From: an uncultured beta proteobacterium
Lineage (GTDB): Bacteria > Pseudomonadota > Gammaproteobacteria > Burkholderiales > SG8-39
Direction: 5' to 3'
DNA length: 64,000 bases
Assembly (NCBI GenBank): GCA_963827595.1
Contig: CAWHBT010000004.1
Span: forward strand, 19,730-83,729
Below, piece by piece: positions 8,592 to 20,967 of the stretch. The notes under the pieces were generated by a model that did not search any database, had not been told where the DNA came from, and worked only from the letters and a program-made list of their open reading frames with translations. The first letter of the stretch is position 1; each line of letters opens with the position of its first letter. The translations under genes and the position numbers were made by a program.

Positions 8592-8612
8592 GCCTATGCA
8601 CAGCCTATGCAC
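8592..8612. repeat. Tandem 10-mer beside the tRNA 3' end (candidate integrase arm-type sites)
   Basis: GCCTATGCAC at 8592-8601 and 8603-8612, 16 bp from the tRNA CCA. Confidence 0.5.
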
Positions 8613-8628
8613 GGCTTTTTGGCTGATC

Positions 8629-8704
8629 TGGCTCCCCGAGTAGGGATCGAACCTACGACCTGCGGATTAACAGTCCGTCGCTCTACCGGCTGAGCTATCG
8701 GGGA
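8629..8704 (-). tRNA. tRNA-Asn (GTT)
   Basis: Reverse complement TCCCCGATAGCTCAG..GACTGTTAATCC..GTTCGATCC..GGGGAGCCA, 76 nt. Confidence 0.97.
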
Positions 8705-8749
8705 AGCGCGAGGGGCGGATTATATCGAAGCCGCCCCCCAATTCTCAAT

Positions 8750-9955
8750 TCAGCGCATGACCTTCGCGATCGCGTCCGCGACCGGGTCGACGTTCTTCGA
8801 GTTGAGCGCCGCCACGCAGAGGCGGCCGGTGTCGATCGCGTAGATCGAGAACTCGTCGCGCAACCTGCGGACCTGCTCCCTGGACAGCCCCGAGTAGGAG
8901 AACAGGCCCCGCTGGCGCATGACGAAACTGAAGTCCAAGCCTGGGACGCGGGCCTGCACCTTCTCGACGAGCGTTCGGCGCATCGCCTTGATACGGTCCC
9001 GCATCTGGCCGAGCTCCCGGTCCCAGAGCTCCCGAAGCTCCGGCGTCGCGAGCACCGCGGCGACCGCTTTCGCGCCGAACGTCGGCGGGTTCGAATAGTT
9101 CGCTCGCACCACGCGCTTGAGCTGGCTCAGTACCCGCGCGGCCTCGTCGGCGCTGCTGGTTGCGACGCTCAGCGCGCCGATGCGCTCGCCGTAGAGCGAG
9201 AACGACTTCGAGAACGAGTTCGCGACGAACACCGGGCTGCAGGCCGCGACGAAACGGTGAATCACGGCCCCGTCGGCCTCGACTCCGTCGGCGAAGCCCT
9301 GATAGGCGATGTCGAGGATCGGCACGAGCTCGCGCGACCTGACGATCTCGATGACGGGTGTCCATTGCTCCGGCGTGAGGTCCACCCCGGTCGGGTTGTG
9401 GCAGCAGGCATGCAGCACCACGATCGTTCCGGCCGGCAGCTTCCCGAGCGCCTCGACCATGCCGGTGAAGTTCAGGCCATGCGTGGTCGGGTCGTAGTAC
9501 GGGTAGGCGTTCACGGTGAATCCGGCGCCTTCGAACAGCTGGCGATGGTTCTCCCAGCTGGGTTCGCTGATCCAGACCTGCGCGCCGGGGCTGACGCGGC
9601 GCAGGAAGTCGGCTGCGACCTTGAGCGCGCCCGTGCCGCCGATCCCTTGCACCGTGACGGCGCGGCCCTCCCTGACCACCGCCGAGTCCGCGCCGAACGC
9701 GAGCTCACGCACGGCACGGTCGTACGCCGGCAGGCCATCGATCGGCAGGTAGCCCCGCGGCGCGACGCTCTCGAGCATGTCCCGCTCGACCCGACGGACG
9801 CATTCGAGGACCGGCACCTTCCCGTTGTCGTCGTAGTACACGCCGACGCCGAGATTGATCTTCCTGGGGTTGGGGTCGGCGTTGAAGGCTTCGCTGACGC
9901 CGAGAATCGGGTCACCGGGGGCCATCTCGACGCGCGCGAAGATCGATCCGGTCAT
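8750..9955 (-). CDS. tyrB: Aromatic/aspartate aminotransferase (class I PLP)
   Basis: DPILG, LHACCHNPTG, DIAYQGF, SFSKSFSLYGERIG motifs. Confidence 0.9.
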   Translation of the reverse strand: MTGSIFARVEMAPGDPILGVSEAFNADPNPRKINLGVGVYYDDNGKVPVLECVRRVERDMLESVAPRGYLPIDGLPAYDRAVRELAFGADSAVVREGRAVTVQGIGGTGALKVAADFLRRVSPGAQVWISEPSWENHRQLFEGAGFTVNAYPYYDPTTHGLNFTGMVEALGKLPAGTIVVLHACCHNPTGVDLTPEQWTPVIEIVRSRELVPILDIAYQGFADGVEADGAVIHRFVAACSPVFVANSFSKSFSLYGERIGALSVATSSADEAARVLSQLKRVVRANYSNPPTFGAKAVAAVLATPELRELWDRELGQMRDRIKAMRRTLVEKVQARVPGLDFSFVMRQRGLFSYSGLSREQVRRLRDEFSIYAIDTGRLCVAALNSKNVDPVADAIAKVMR

Positions 9956-10090
9956 GGCAGGCGGAGGAGGATGCGAGGACGTGGACGCGAGATGCGAATA
10001 GTACCGCTCCGCCGCCACTCACGGTGTCGGGTGGGATGCTGCCTGTGAGACAATTACAGGTTGTCGCACGCTCGAACCACTGCGTCTCGC

Positions 10091-12183
<2,093 letters not shown>

Positions 12184-12187
<4 letters not shown>

Positions 12188-12672
12188 AGCGGGTGCTGTT
12201 CGTATGCACGGGGAACATCTGCCGGTCGCCGACCGCAGAGGGGGTGTTCCGGAGGTTCGTCGAGCAGGCCGGTCTTGACGACCGCATCGGCATGGACTCG
12301 GCCGGCACTCACGGGTATCACGTCGGCGAGCCGCCGGATCCGCGCAGCCAAGCCGCGGCGAGCGCCCGGGGCTACGACCTCTCGGGCCTGCGCGCGCGGC
12401 GGATCGCGCGCGAGGACTTCAGCCACTTCGACCTCGTGCTCGCGATGGATCGCGACCACCACACGATCCTCGCCCGGTTCGCGCCTCTGGGCGCCCGGCC
12501 GAAGCTCCGCATGCTGATGGAGTTCGCCCGCCGATCTGGTGTCGACGAGGTGCCCGATCCCTACTACGGCGGGCCCGACGGCTTCGAGCTCGTCCTCAAT
12601 CTCGTCGAGGACGCGGCGGAGGGCCTGCTCGATCACCTTCGACACGAGATCGAGTCGACCGCGCGCAGCTGA
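12184..12672 (+). CDS. Low-molecular-weight protein-tyrosine phosphatase
   Basis: [11 protein letters not shown]-loop; DPYYG. Confidence 0.95.
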
Positions 12673-12675
12673 TGG

Positions 12676-12703
12676 CCCTCCCGCTCCCGCGTCAGCGAGA
12701 GGG
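12676..12703. terminator. Hairpin between convergent phosphatase gene and rne
   Basis: CCCTCCCGCT..AGCGAGAGGG, 10-bp stem with one mismatch. Confidence 0.35.
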
Positions 12704-12721
12704 GAATTTAGGTAGCGATCG

Positions 12722-15481
12722 CTAGGGCCGGCGCGGCTCGCCTGGGGCGTCTCCCCCGCGCGTTTCCACCTGTTCCAGCGGCTCGTTCACCCCGGGCGGC
12801 GGGGCGCGGCGCTCGCGTCGCGCGCGCGGCGCCTGCGGCTCCCCTTCCGGCTCGGCCTCGTGCACCTTACCGCGATCGGTTTCGATCATGACCAGGCCGC
12901 TGTCGCGGAGGACCACGTCGAGGTCCTGCGCGGGTGGCGGAGGTGGCGGCGGGGGCGTCGCGCTCGTCTCATACCTCGGCTCCGGCCTGGGTTCGTACCG
13001 CGGCTCGGGCCTCGGTTCGTACCGCGGCTGATCGCCGGGCTCGGACAGCGGCGCCGGGCTGCCGTACGCCATGGGCGGGCTGCCGTCTTCCGCGACCCGT
13101 TCGGGGATTACCGCCGGTGCGGCAGCGGCCGCTGCCATGGCGATCGGGGCGGCCCCAGACGGCGGCGACATGAAGCGTTCAGCGGGTATTGCGCTGACGT
13201 GCTCCGGCCGCGGCTGGCCTTCGCGCCGCTCACCGCGGTCCCCTCGATTGCGGCGGCCACGTCGGCGTTCGCCGTCCTGCTGTTGACCCTCGGCCGAGCG
13301 AGGCTGACCACCCGGGCCGGGACCGCCGCCCTGGGGCGCACGACCCTCCTGCTGCGGGCCGCGGTCGCCCTGACGCGGACGATCCTCGTGGCGCGGACGA
13401 TCCTCGTGGCGCTGACGATTTTCGTGCCGCGGGCGATCCTCGTGCCGCGGGCGATCCTCGTGCCGCGGTCCCCGCTGTTCACGGGGTTGGTCGCCGCGCC
13501 CCTGCCGTTCGCCGCCCTGGCCTCGCCCCTGTCCCTGCATCCGTTCCTGCCGGGGCGGGCGGTCGCCGCGTCCGCGGTCCTGACCGTCGCCGCGGAACGG
13601 CCGGCGGTCGGACCCGCGATCACGTCGCTCGAATCGATCGCCACGATCGCCGCGGTCGCGTCGCTCCTGCGGCTGCGCGCGCACCGGCGCGGGTCGCACC
13701 GGCGGCGCCTCCGGAGCCGGTGGCGTGCGGCGGAACCAGCCGAAGATCGCGTCGATGACGCCGGATCGCTCGGGCACCGCTGTCGGCGGTACCGGAGTCG
13801 CCGCCGGGGCCGGCGTAACCGCCGGCCTTGGCGGCACGATGGGCGCCGGCTGTTCGGGCGTGACGCCTTGGACGACCGCCTGTTGGCGCGGCTCCCGCGC
13901 ATCCTGCGGCGCGGCGTAGGGCGTCTCTTCGGTCGGCGCCTCGACGAGGTTGTAGCTCGGCGGGAGGACGCCCTCCTGGTTGAGGTCGTCGTGCCGCAAC
14001 CGCTCGATCTTGTAGTGCGGCGTCTCGAGGTGGACGTTGGGAATCAGCACGATGCTGACCTTGATGCGTGCCTCGAGGGCATGGATGTCGGTGCGCTTCT
14101 CGTTCAGCAGGTAGGTCGCGACGTCCACCGGCACCTGCACGTGCACCGCCGCGCTGTTCTCCTTCATCGCCTCCTCCTGCATGATGCGCAGGATGTGGAG
14201 CGCGGTCGACTCGATGCCGCGGATGAACCCGATCCCGCTGCAGCGCGGGCAGGGCTGGTGCGCCGTCTCCTCGAGCGACGGGCGCAGCCGCTGGCGCGAC
14301 AGCTCCATCAACCCGAACCGGGAGATCTTCCCCATCTGCACCCGCGCCCGGTCGTAGCGCAGCGCCTCGCGGAGGCGGTTCTCGACCTCGCGCTGGTTGC
14401 GCGGGTTCTCCATGTCGATGAAATCGATCACGATCAGGCCGCCGAGGTCGCGCAGCCGCAGCTGGCGCGCGAGCTCGTCCGCCGCCTCGACGTTGGTGCG
14501 CAGCGCCGTCTCCTCGATGTCCGAGCCCTTGGTCGCGCGCGCGGAGTTCACGTCGATCGCGACCAGCGCTTCGGTGTGGTCGATGACGACCGCGCCGCCG
14601 GAGGGCAGGGCGACCTGGCGCGAGTACGCGCTCTCGATCTGGTGCTCGATCTGGAAGCGCGAGAACAGCGGGACGTCGTCGCGGTAGCGCTTCACGCGCT
14701 GGACGTTGTCCGGCATCACGTTGCCCATGAACGCCACCGTCTGCTCGAAGATCGAGTCGGTGTCGACGAGGAGCTCGCCGATGTCCGGCTGGTAGTAGTC
14801 CCGGATCGCGCGAATGACGAGGCTCGATTCCTGGTAGATCAGGAACGGCGCCGGGTTCGCCACCCGGCCGGCGTCGTCGCGCTGGGACTCGGAGGCCTCG
14901 AGGATCTTCTCCCACAGCTTGAGCAGGTACTTGAGGTCCCACTCCAGCTCTTCGAGCGTCCGGCCAATGCCGGCGGTGCGCGCGATGATGCTCATCCCCT
15001 GCGGGACCGGGAGCTTTTCCATCGTCTCCCGCAGCTCGTTGCGGTCCTCGCCCTCGACGCGCCGGGAGACGCCACCGCCGCGCGGGTTGTTGGGCATCAG
15101 GACCAGGTAACGCCCGGCGAGGCTGACGAAAGTCGTGAGCGCGGCGCCCTTGTTGCCGCGCTCGTCCTTCTCGACCTGGACGAGAACTTCGATGCCCTCG
15201 GCGATCGCGTCCTGGATCCGGGCGCGGCCGGGCTCGGCGTCGGGCCGGAAGTAGGCCCGCGAGATTTCCTTGAAAGGCAGGAACCCGTGACGCTCGGTGC
15301 CGTAGTCGACGAAGGCGGCCTCGAGGCTGGGTTCGACGCGAGTGATGACTCCTTTGTAGACGTTGCCTTTGCGTTGTTCCTTGCTAGCCGATTCGATGTC
15401 GAGGTCGATCAACTTCTGACCGTCGACGATCGCGACACGGAGTTCCTCGGCCTGTGTCGCGTTGAACAGCATGCGCTTCAT
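12722..15481 (-). CDS. rne: Ribonuclease E
   Basis: [36 protein letters not shown]; long Arg/Pro-rich C-terminus; divergent from rluC. Confidence 0.97.
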   Translation of the reverse strand: MKRMLFNATQAEELRVAIVDGQKLIDLDIESASKEQRKGNVYKGVITRVEPSLEAAFVDYGTERHGFLPFKEISRAYFRPDAEPGRARIQDAIAEGIEVLVQVEKDERGNKGAALTTFVSLAGRYLVLMPNNPRGGGVSRRVEGEDRNELRETMEKLPVPQGMSIIARTAGIGRTLEELEWDLKYLLKLWEKILEASESQRDDAGRVANPAPFLIYQESSLVIRAIRDYYQPDIGELLVDTDSIFEQTVAFMGNVMPDNVQRVKRYRDDVPLFSRFQIEHQIESAYSRQVALPSGGAVVIDHTEALVAIDVNSARATKGSDIEETALRTNVEAADELARQLRLRDLGGLIVIDFIDMENPRNQREVENRLREALRYDRARVQMGKISRFGLMELSRQRLRPSLEETAHQPCPRCSGIGFIRGIESTALHILRIMQEEAMKENSAAVHVQVPVDVATYLLNEKRTDIHALEARIKVSIVLIPNVHLETPHYKIERLRHDDLNQEGVLPPSYNLVEAPTEETPYAAPQDAREPRQQAVVQGVTPEQPAPIVPPRPAVTPAPAATPVPPTAVPERSGVIDAIFGWFRRTPPAPEAPPVRPAPVRAQPQERRDRGDRGDRFERRDRGSDRRPFRGDGQDRGRGDRPPRQERMQGQGRGQGGERQGRGDQPREQRGPRHEDRPRHEDRPRHENRQRHEDRPRHEDRPRQGDRGPQQEGRAPQGGGPGPGGQPRSAEGQQQDGERRRGRRNRGDRGERREGQPRPEHVSAIPAERFMSPPSGAAPIAMAAAAAAPAVIPERVAEDGSPPMAYGSPAPLSEPGDQPRYEPRPEPRYEPRPEPRYETSATPPPPPPPPAQDLDVVLRDSGLVMIETDRGKVHEAEPEGEPQAPRARRERRAPPPGVNEPLEQVETRGGDAPGEPRRP

Positions 15482-15831
15482 GTAGTTGTTCTCCGGGCGC
15501 GCCGCTGGACAACACGTCCCCTGACTGATGTGGGTCTTAGCGAAGCATGGTGATTGCGCTTGGACTCGGTTTGGTGGTCAGTCGGATTGAACGTATCGTC
15601 GCCCGGTCTGGTCTCCCCGTGCCGGGCTGGGGGGAATCGGTACGGATTCCGGCGCGCTAGTCGATTACTATCGCTGCTTCTGGTGAGCGACTACAACCAG
15701 CTGACGGGTTTGCCCGCACTTCGCGAGCGCGGACCCACTTCGCGGCCGTTAGGCCGGGGACGTGTTGGCGACCGGGCGATGCCTGCGGTCGTTGTCCCGC
15801 GAGCGAAGACAGCGCTCGGATTATATGGAGA

Positions 15832-16794
15832 ATGAAGGGTTTACGCAACGCGCAGGCAAGCCTCGTGGTCGTGGACGAGCGCCATTCGGCACAGCGGGTC
15901 GATAATTTCCTGCTGCGGGAGCTGAAAGGCGTGCCCCGCAGCCACGTCTACCGGCTGCTGCGGGGCGGCGAAGTACGGGTCAACAGCCGGCGCGTCGAGG
16001 CCACCTACCGGCTGCAGCCGGGCGACCGGGTCCGCATCCCGCCGGTGCGGCGAGGCACGCCGCCCGCGCGCGCCGCACCGGGGCCACGGGAGACCGGGTT
16101 CCCGGTCGTCTTCGAGGACGACGCGCTCCTCGTCATCGACAAGCCGGCGGGCGTCGCCGTCCACGGCGGGAGCGGCGTCAGCTTCGGGGTGATCGAGCGC
16201 CTGCGGGCCGAGCGGCCGCACGCGCGGTTCCTCGAGCTCGTGCACCGGATCGACCGCGAGACCTCGGGGTTGCTGGCGTTGGCGAAGAAGCGCACGGCGC
16301 TCCTCGCGTTCCACGCGGCGCTGCGCGAGGGCAGGGTGACCAAACGCTATCTCGCGCTCGTCAAGGGCGCCTGGCGCCAGCCCGCCCGCGACGTCGTGCT
16401 CCCGCTGCGCAGGCTCGTGACTGCGGCGGGCGAGCGGCGGGTGAGAGTGGAGCAGGGGGGACAGGCATCGCGGACGCAGTTCAGGCTGAAGGACCGCGGC
16501 GGCGGATACTCGCTCCTCGAGGCGACGCTCGACACCGGCCGCACGCATCAGATTCGCGTCCAGCTCGCCCACCTCGGCTTCCCGGTTGCGGGCGACGACA
16601 AGTACGGCGACTTCGAGCTCAACCGCCGGCTCGCGAAACAGGGCCTCAAGCGCATGTTCCTCCACGCCCATCAACTCGCGTTCGATCACCCGCTCACCGG
16701 CGCGCCGATCGAGCTCGCTGCGCCGCTGCCTGCAGACCTCGCCCGGTTCGTCCGCGGGCTGCTGGCACCCCGGGTCGATGCCGAAGCGGTTTGA
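15832..16794 (+). CDS. rluC: 23S rRNA pseudouridine synthase C
   Basis: S4 domain, HRIDRETSG, TGRTHQIRV; synteny with rne. Confidence 0.92.
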   Translation: MKGLRNAQASLVVVDERHSAQRVDNFLLRELKGVPRSHVYRLLRGGEVRVNSRRVEATYRLQPGDRVRIPPVRRGTPPARAAPGPRETGFPVVFEDDALLVIDKPAGVAVHGGSGVSFGVIERLRAERPHARFLELVHRIDRETSGLLALAKKRTALLAFHAALREGRVTKRYLALVKGAWRQPARDVVLPLRRLVTAAGERRVRVEQGGQASRTQFRLKDRGGGYSLLEATLDTGRTHQIRVQLAHLGFPVAGDDKYGDFELNRRLAKQGLKRMFLHAHQLAFDHPLTGAPIELAAPLPADLARFVRGLLAPRVDAEAV

Positions 16795-17434
16795 CCTGGT
16801 CGTGTTCGACTGGGACGGGACACTGATCGACTCGGCCGGGGCGATCGTCGCCTGTATCCAGGCGGCGTGCCGCGACCTCGGCCTGCCGGTCCCGGACGAC
16901 GAGCGCGCGAGTCACGTGATCGGCCTCGGTCTCGCCGATGCCCTCGCGCACGCGATTCCCGGTCTGGCGGCGGCGGAGTATCCGCGCGTCGCAGAGCGCT
17001 ATCGGCACCACTTTCTCGTCCACGGCGCCAACCTCCCGCTGTTCCCCGGCACGCAGGAGATGCTCGCCGGGCTGCGCGACAACGGTCACGCGCTGGGGAT
17101 CGCCACCGGCAAGAGCCGCGCGGGGCTCGCTCGCGCGCTGGCGCAGGCGGGGCTGGAGAAAGTGTTCGACGCGACGCGGTGTGCCGACCAATGCGCACCG
17201 AAGCCCGCCCCGGACATGTTGCTCGAGCTGCTGGACGAGGTGGGCATCGCTCCCGGGCGCGCGCTCATGGTCGGCGACACTTCTCACGATGTGCAAATGG
17301 CGGCGAACGCGGGCGTCGCTGCGATGGCTGTGAGCTACGGCGCCCACGACGGGTCGCGGCTGGCAGCGCTGTCACCGCTCGCGCTCGTGCATTCGACACC
17401 GGAGCTCGCTCGATGGCTGGCGGCGAACGCGTAG
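16778..17434 (+). CDS. HAD-IA hydrolase (phosphoglycolate phosphatase-like)
   Basis: FDWDGTL, KPAP, MVGDTSHD motifs. Confidence 0.9.
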   Translation: MPKRFDLVVFDWDGTLIDSAGAIVACIQAACRDLGLPVPDDERASHVIGLGLADALAHAIPGLAAAEYPRVAERYRHHFLVHGANLPLFPGTQEMLAGLRDNGHALGIATGKSRAGLARALAQAGLEKVFDATRCADQCAPKPAPDMLLELLDEVGIAPGRALMVGDTSHDVQMAANAGVAAMAVSYGAHDGSRLAALSPLALVHSTPELARWLAANA

Positions 17435-17760
17435 TCGTCTGTCCGAGCGCCGCCCTGGTCGACGGCGGGGACGGTGTTCGCTTCGAGGTGCGCCGGGGCG
17501 GCGGGCCGCATGCGGCGTTCGCCATCCGGCACGCGGGTCGGGTCCACGCATATCTGAATCGCTGCGCCCACATGGGCGTCGAGCTCGACTGGCAGGCGGG
17601 GCGTTTTTTCGATGCCGAGGGCATGGTTTTGATATGCTCGACGCACGGTGCGCTCTACGATCCGGAGACGGGGGCGTGCTTGGGCGGTCCCTGTCGCGGC
17701 GCAGGGCTCGCGCCCGTTGCGGTCGACGAAGTCGACGGCGAAGTCGTTCTGCGGGAATAG
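17413..17760 (+). CDS. Rieske 2Fe-2S ferredoxin
   Basis: CAH..CSTHGA motifs. Confidence 0.9.
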   Translation: MAGGERVVVCPSAALVDGGDGVRFEVRRGGGPHAAFAIRHAGRVHAYLNRCAHMGVELDWQAGRFFDAEGMVLICSTHGALYDPETGACLGGPCRGAGLAPVAVDEVDGEVVLRE

Positions 17761-17769
17761 GAATCGGCA

Positions 17770-18705
17770 ATGACTGAGAACAGCAGCAACTGGGAGCGCG
17801 GGGTCATCGAGAAGCTCGCGCTCGAAGCGCTCCAGGAGCAGCGTCGCGCGCGCCGCTGGGGGATCTTCTTCAAGGCGTTGACGTTCGCGTACCTGACGTT
17901 TCTCCTGGTCCTCCTCCTCGACCTGCGGCGGACCGACGCCTTTGCGGGCAAGCACTCCGCGCTCGTCGATGTGGCCGGGGTAATCGATGCCAAGGGCAGC
18001 GCGAGCGCGGACAACGTCAACAGCGCGTTGCTGAGCGCCTTCAAGGACAAGAACACGCAGGGCGTGATCCTGCGCGTCAACTCGCCGGGCGGGAGCCCGG
18101 TGCAGGCCGGCCTGATCTACGACGAGATCCGCCGCCTCCGCGACCTCTACCCGAACATCCCGATGTACGCGGTCGTGGAGGACGTGTGCGCCTCGGGCGG
18201 CTACTACATCGCTTCCGCGGCCGACCGGATCTACGTCGACAAGGCGAGCCTGATCGGGTCGATCGGCGTGCTCATGGACCAGTTCGGGTTCGTCGAGACG
18301 CTCGACAAGCTCGGCGTCGAACGGCGCGTGCTGAGCGCCGGCGAGAACAAGACGTTTCTCGACCCGTTCTCGCCGCTCGAGCCGCGCCACGTCGCGCACG
18401 CGAAAGCGCTGCTCGGCGAGATCCACCAGCAGTTCATCGAGGTCGTGCGCAAGGGCCGCGGCAAGCGGCTCAAGGAGTCGCCCGAGCTGTTCAGCGGCCT
18501 CATCTGGACCGGCGCGAAGTCGGTCGAGCTCGGTCTCACCGACGGCCTCGGCAGCGTCGACTACGTTGCGCGCGAGGTGATCAAGGCCGAGCAGGTCGTC
18601 GACTACACGCAGAAGGAGAACATCGCCGAGCGCTTCGCCAAGCGCTTTGGCGCCGGCGTCGCGCAGACGCTCGGGTTGGGCGGCGCGATCCCCCGGCTGC
18701 GCTAG
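17770..18705 (+). CDS. S49 family peptidase (SppA-like)
   Basis: NSPGGS, CASGGYYIA, GSIGV motifs. Confidence 0.93.
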   Translation: MTENSSNWERGVIEKLALEALQEQRRARRWGIFFKALTFAYLTFLLVLLLDLRRTDAFAGKHSALVDVAGVIDAKGSASADNVNSALLSAFKDKNTQGVILRVNSPGGSPVQAGLIYDEIRRLRDLYPNIPMYAVVEDVCASGGYYIASAADRIYVDKASLIGSIGVLMDQFGFVETLDKLGVERRVLSAGENKTFLDPFSPLEPRHVAHAKALLGEIHQQFIEVVRKGRGKRLKESPELFSGLIWTGAKSVELGLTDGLGSVDYVAREVIKAEQVVDYTQKENIAERFAKRFGAGVAQTLGLGGAIPRLR

Positions 18706-19418
18706 CCGGGCGCAGCGAGCAGGAGAAACACCGCCGGCCGCCGGCCGATCGCGCGCGGCGCGGCGCGCCATTCCGCGACGGTTCGCGTTGCGATCGATTC
18801 GCCCGGCGACGTGAGGTCCGCGGCCACGCAGAGCCAGGTTCCCGGAGCGCAGGTTTCCGCGATCACCCGCAGCAGCCGGTCGCTCCGGTAAGGCGTCTCG
18901 ATGAAGAGCTCCGTCCGACCGGCCCGCCGCGAGTCGGCCTCGAGCGCCCGCAACTGCGCCTTGAGCTCGCGCTCCTCGACCGGGAGGTAGCCGTGGAAGA
19001 CGAAGCGCTGGCCCTCGAGTCCCGAGGCCATCAGCGCGAGCAGAATCGCGGACGGCCCGACGAGCGGCACGACGCGAAGGCCGGAGGCGTGCGCCTGGCG
19101 GACGAGCATCGCGCCGGGATCCGCCACCGCCGGCGCCCCTGCGTCGGAGAGCACGCCCGCGTCGCGGCCCTCTCGCACCGGCGCGAGCAGCTCGCGGAGC
19201 CGGGTTTCGTCGGCGCCTGGTTCGAGCTTGACGATGTCGAGCGCGGCCAGCGGCCCGGGATGACCGACGGCCTTGAGGAACGCGCGCGCGCTCTTGGGCT
19301 CCTCGACGATGAAGCAGCCGATGGTGCGGATCCGTTCCCGGACCGCGGGCGGAATCGCTGCGGCGTCGGTGCCGTCGGCGATCGGCGTCGGGATGAGATA
19401 GAGCGTCCCCGTGCTAAT
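18702..19418 (-). CDS. Tetrapyrrole/RsmI-like SAM-dependent methyltransferase
   Basis: GTLYLIPTPI, SDAGAPAVADPG, GPSAILLALMASG, FIETPYR; only an ATT codon lies at the expected start. Confidence 0.85.
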   Translation of the reverse strand: MSTGTLYLIPTPIADGTDAAAIPPAVRERIRTIGCFIVEEPKSARAFLKAVGHPGPLAALDIVKLEPGADETRLRELLAPVREGRDAGVLSDAGAPAVADPGAMLVRQAHASGLRVVPLVGPSAILLALMASGLEGQRFVFHGYLPVEERELKAQLRALEADSRRAGRTELFIETPYRSDRLLRVIAETCAPGTWLCVAADLTSPGESIATRTVAEWRAAPRAIGRRPAVFLLLAAPG

Positions 19419-19422
19419 TGGA

Positions 19423-20061
19423 CTACCCTCGCGCGCCCGCGCTCGGGGGTTCGCCTTGGGAGGGCCCGGCGGGCTCGGCGAGCACGTCGCAGCCGAGCTC
19501 GCCGAGCAGCTCCACGAGCGCGATCAGCGGCAGCCCGATGAGCGCCGTCGGATCCTCGCCTGCGAGCCGTTCGACCAGGGCGATCCCCAGCCCCTCGATC
19601 TTCGCCGAGCCCGCGCAGTCGTACGGCTGCTCGGCGCGAAGATAGCGCTCGATCGCCGCGTCGGAGAACTCCCGGAAGTGGACATCGCAGGGCACGAGAC
19701 GCGTCCGGGTCTCGCGATCGGCGCTGCGGACGACTGCCACCGCGGTCAGGAAGCGCACGTGCCGGCCGCGCATCGCCCGGAGCTGGGCGACCGCGTTCGG
19801 GTGAGTCAGCGGCTTCACGAGCAGCTGCTCGCCCAGCACCGCGACCTGGTCCGAGCCGATCACCAGGGCGTCGCGCGACCGCGCCGCGGCGCTGTTCGCC
19901 TTCTCGACCGCGAGGCGCAGCGCCAGCGCGTCCGGGGTCTCGCCGGGGCGCGGCGTTTCGTCGACCGCCGGATTGACGACGTCGAACGCGACCTGCAGCC
20001 GCGCGAGCAGCTCGCGCCGGTACGGCGAGGTCGAGGCGAGGATGAGCGGCGTGGAACCCAT
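19423..20061 (-). CDS. Maf-family nucleotide pyrophosphatase (YceF-like)
   Basis: LILASTSPYRRELL, IGSDQV, DCAGSAKIEG motifs. Confidence 0.93.
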   Translation of the reverse strand: MGSTPLILASTSPYRRELLARLQVAFDVVNPAVDETPRPGETPDALALRLAVEKANSAAARSRDALVIGSDQVAVLGEQLLVKPLTHPNAVAQLRAMRGRHVRFLTAVAVVRSADRETRTRLVPCDVHFREFSDAAIERYLRAEQPYDCAGSAKIEGLGIALVERLAGEDPTALIGLPLIALVELLGELGCDVLAEPAGPSQGEPPSAGARG

Positions 20062-20148
20062 TCGGACCGGTCCGGCGAGGCGCGTGAGGCGAGCTAGTTC
20101 CCTGATTTCTTTGACGGTCCCGGTGGAAAATACTATCATTCGCCGCCT

Positions 20149-20652
20149 ATGTCTCGTGCCGGGACGATCGACGGCCTGCAGTTCGCCCGCGGCCGGGATC
20201 GCGTCGACGGAGCGATCGGCATCGAGGGCCTGCCGCGCCTCGCGGCGATGGGGTGCGACGCGGCGACGCTCGCCTATCGCGTGCGCGGCGGCGAGCACGG
20301 AGGAGGACGTCTCGGCCTGACCATCGAGATCAGCGGCGAGCTTCGCCTCGTGTGTCAGCGCTGCCTCCGTCCGCTCGCGTTCCCGCTCGCGGCGCGGAGC
20401 GAGCTGGAGCTGGCCGAGACGGAAAGCGAGATCGAAGCGGCGGCGGACGACATCGACCGGGTGCTGGCGACGAAAGCGATGGATGTCGCCACGCTGGTCG
20501 AGGACGAAGCCATCCTCGCGCTGCCGATGGTCCCGCTCCACGAGCAGTGCGAGACCGGCGTGGCGCCGGATGCGGCGGCGAAGGCGGGGCCGTTTGCGTC
20601 GCTCGCCGGGTTACGCAGGGCAAACGGCGGATCGAACGGCTCGGCCCGATAG
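20149..20652 (+). CDS. yceD: YceD/DUF177 protein
   Basis: [21 protein letters not shown]; upstream of rpmF. Confidence 0.88.
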   Translation: MSRAGTIDGLQFARGRDRVDGAIGIEGLPRLAAMGCDAATLAYRVRGGEHGGGRLGLTIEISGELRLVCQRCLRPLAFPLAARSELELAETESEIEAAADDIDRVLATKAMDVATLVEDEAILALPMVPLHEQCETGVAPDAAAKAGPFASLAGLRRANGGSNGSAR

Positions 20653-20701
20653 GCGCGTTGGCGCCCGGGTGACATCCACACCAGAAGAAGGAGCAGGTTT
20701 C

Positions 20702-20881
20702 ATGGCTGTCCAGCAAAACAAGAAGTCGGCGTCGCGCCGGGGAATGCGCCGTTCGCACGACGCCCTGTCCGGTCCGCCGCTCGCGGTCGAGCCGGCGACG
20801 GGCGAGGTTCACCTGCGGCATCACGTCAGCCGCAGCGGGTTCTACCGCGGGAAGAAGGTCGTCAAGACGAAGAGCGAGTGA
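20702..20881 (+). CDS. rpmF: 50S ribosomal protein L32
   Basis: [32 protein letters not shown]. Confidence 0.97.
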   Translation: MAVQQNKKSASRRGMRRSHDALSGPPLAVEPATGEVHLRHHVSRSGFYRGKKVVKTKSE

Positions 20882-20967
20882 CCGATCGCGTCCGCGTGGC
20901 CGCGGCGCACCGGCAAGGGGAGACGGGCGGCGGTGCGCCGGTCGCGCGGGACCACGGTCTGCCGAGC

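Noticed and set aside
10044-10060. LexA box upstream of uvrB (CTGT..ACAG)
   Set aside because: Spacer is 9 nt rather than the 8 nt of CTGT-N8-ACAG
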